Shown: positions 62,301-64,000 of the stretch, piece after piece
Position numbering within the stretch: the first letter of the stretch is position 1
Layout of the letters: every line of letters begins with the position of its first letter
Assembly: GCA_973895155.1 (NCBI GenBank)
Contig: OZ316897.1
Location: forward strand, 13,453,375 to 13,517,374
DNA from: Marsupella aquatica
Lineage: Eukaryota; Plantae; Marchantiophyta
Reading direction: 5' to 3'
DNA: 64,000 bases
Notes under the pieces: model-generated
What the model saw: only the letters and a program-made list of their open reading frames with translations
What the model was told of the DNA's origin: nothing
Databases searched by the model: none
Program-made: the position numbers and the translations under genes

Positions 62301-63370
62301 TGTAGAGAGAGTTTTTTCTTTCATTAGGAACAACGTACTTGCAACTTGTCAGTTTTAGGTGATGTTCCTGTGATTTGGTTGTGCAGTTGAAATACTAGCT
62401 TGTTGACCCTTTCACTTGGCTTTTTCAGGTTGTATGAGGCTGAAGAGGAGGAACTAAGGAGAGCAAGAGAAGCATTTGTAGTACGCTATAATGAGACACG
62501 ACTTCCACGTAGTAGCAGAACAGTGTCCCTTCCACCCGAACTTGCCTCAATTCCATTTGGAACCTGGTTTAGGGATCAGATTCACTGAGCTAACTTAGAG
62601 GAAAACGACGCTAGAATACTATTGACTGCAATCTCATTTCCTCCAAACCAAAGGGCTCTCACTTATAATTCAATGAAGGCTTACGGTAACCATTATAGGG
62701 TAATGCGCTGTAAGGATAGAGATGGTCAATGGCGTGAACTGTCCCAACTTAGGAGCACTGACTCGTAGGGCTATGCTATATTTGACTCTGGTGTTGCTAC
62801 AACATTTCATGAGGAAAGGACAGGCCAAATAGGGGTGAATCTGGCTAAGCTAACTTATGTGGGGGTTTTGACTCAAATACTTGTGCTAGACTATGGCCCT
62901 TTACTTCGTTATGACCCTGCCATTATCCTAAGGGCAAAATGGGTGCGGTCTAATTGGGGACCAGAGAATAGAAATCCATCTATGAAACATGATGAGACGG
63001 GTCTTTGGCTAGCCAATTTTAATATGCCTTATCCTTCAGCAGAGAAACTAGACTATGTTCTACCAAATCAAATTGAACAGGTTTTCTTCTATCCAAATGA
63101 GGCCAAGGTCTCTTGGAGACATGTGCTTCATAAGGAAGGAAGGTCTCGTAGAGTAGTGAGGGTATAGAAGATCTGGAATACAATGATCTTAGACCTCGTC
63201 ATGAGGCAGTCGAAGCTGGGCTTGTTGCTGCGGCTAACGTGGCTGTGCCTTTAGAGGATGGAGAGACCCTAGTTATTGTGCCAGGGGCGGTGCCCATGAC
63301 AGATGATTCAAATGAGGATACTATAGATGATGATACTTGGGAAGATTCTGAGGATTCTGAGGAAGAGTGA
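59397..63370 (+). pseudogene. CACTA TnpD/Tnp2-family transposase (Transposase_21, DUF4218- and DUF4216-type regions), intron-containing, disrupted
   Basis: IKCPCFVC; KIHACEDGC..F...CPEC; LALDGVNPF; STWPV...YNLPPW; DYPA; DPMHTEKN; GLKSHDYH; WMYPIERY; QIEQVFF. Frameshifts near 59570 and 60862, stop at 61800-02. Confidence 0.92.
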
Positions 63371-64000
63371 CAAGTGAACTGTTTGTTCCAGTGTTTTGAT
63401 GCAATCGTCATCAGAATCTGAAGGTGATGCAGAAGTAGGACTTCCAAGTGGGAATGCGTATGAGGCTTGGAGAGAGGCTAACATACCAGCCAACAACGTT
63501 TACATTAAAGAGAATCTTAGAGATTCAATCATAGCAATTAACAGGTACTAATAAGTCCACTTGAGCTTTTCTTTGAGTATTACTTTGTTGTTTACTTCTA
63601 TGGATCAATCTACACCCCAATGTATACTAATGGTTATTTTATCTTCTTATTACCAGTTGTGTGTACACAAGGAACCTCACTTGGGGGAGAGAAAAAGAGA
63701 CGTAAGAGTTCCACCAAGACATCACAAAGTGCAAGTTTATTGCCCCAAAGAAGGAGCTCAAGAAACATTGGGAGACATTTTCCAGATATGGCAGACAATG
63801 AGTCAGGAGGGAGTCAATCGCAAAAATCATCTGCTACAGACTATGAAAATGAAGACAAGCACTATTCTAACTCCCGTTCTAACTCAGAGGATGAGCAACT
63901 GGATGAGGTAAAGGCTAAATTTATTGTATCCCTTGGCCTACCTTATAAAGGCCCTTGTTGTTATTGTTCAGAGTCATATGAGGGATAAAATTCTTCACAC

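Larger units (their letters stand above)
53929..64000 (+). mobile_element. Large CACTA (En/Spm) transposon, left part (extends beyond the window)
   Basis: CACTAGAAGAAAA terminus at 53929, CACTAC/ACTAC-rich subterminal region and a Tnp2-family transposase inside. Confidence 0.85.

Overview
Eukaryotic land-plant genomic DNA. A non-seed plant (bryophyte-like) source is inferred from the TE families and is not proven. The first ~10.5 kb is a small gene island: a three-exon GT10 alpha-1,4-fucosyltransferase (FUT13-like, + strand, 3646-6820) converges on an intronless multi-PHD-finger gene (8684-10210, - strand), with a possible Harbinger-type Myb/SANT remnant upstream. The remaining ~53 kb is a dense nest of mostly decayed TEs. 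(1) A 5'-truncated L1-like LINE is split by three insertions, two with clear TSDs. (2) A ~13.4 kb segment bounded by mirrored inverted motif arrays holds a hAT transposase, a Cys/His-rich ORF remnant and a protein-kinase remnant. (3) There are two copies of a 1.2 kb solo LTR with 4-bp TSDs, a MULE interrupted by a small CACTA derivative, and a copia RNase H fragment. (4) A 10.6 kb non-chromovirus Ty3/gypsy element carries three extra 3' ORFs, including a second, stand-alone retropepsin. (5) A large CACTA element runs off the window end. The best candidates for undescribed biology are the gypsy accessory module (second protease plus palindromic motifs shared between the LTR and the region upstream of the extra ORFs) and the putative giant cargo-carrying hAT with kinase. 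All homology calls come from visual motif recognition; no searches were run.
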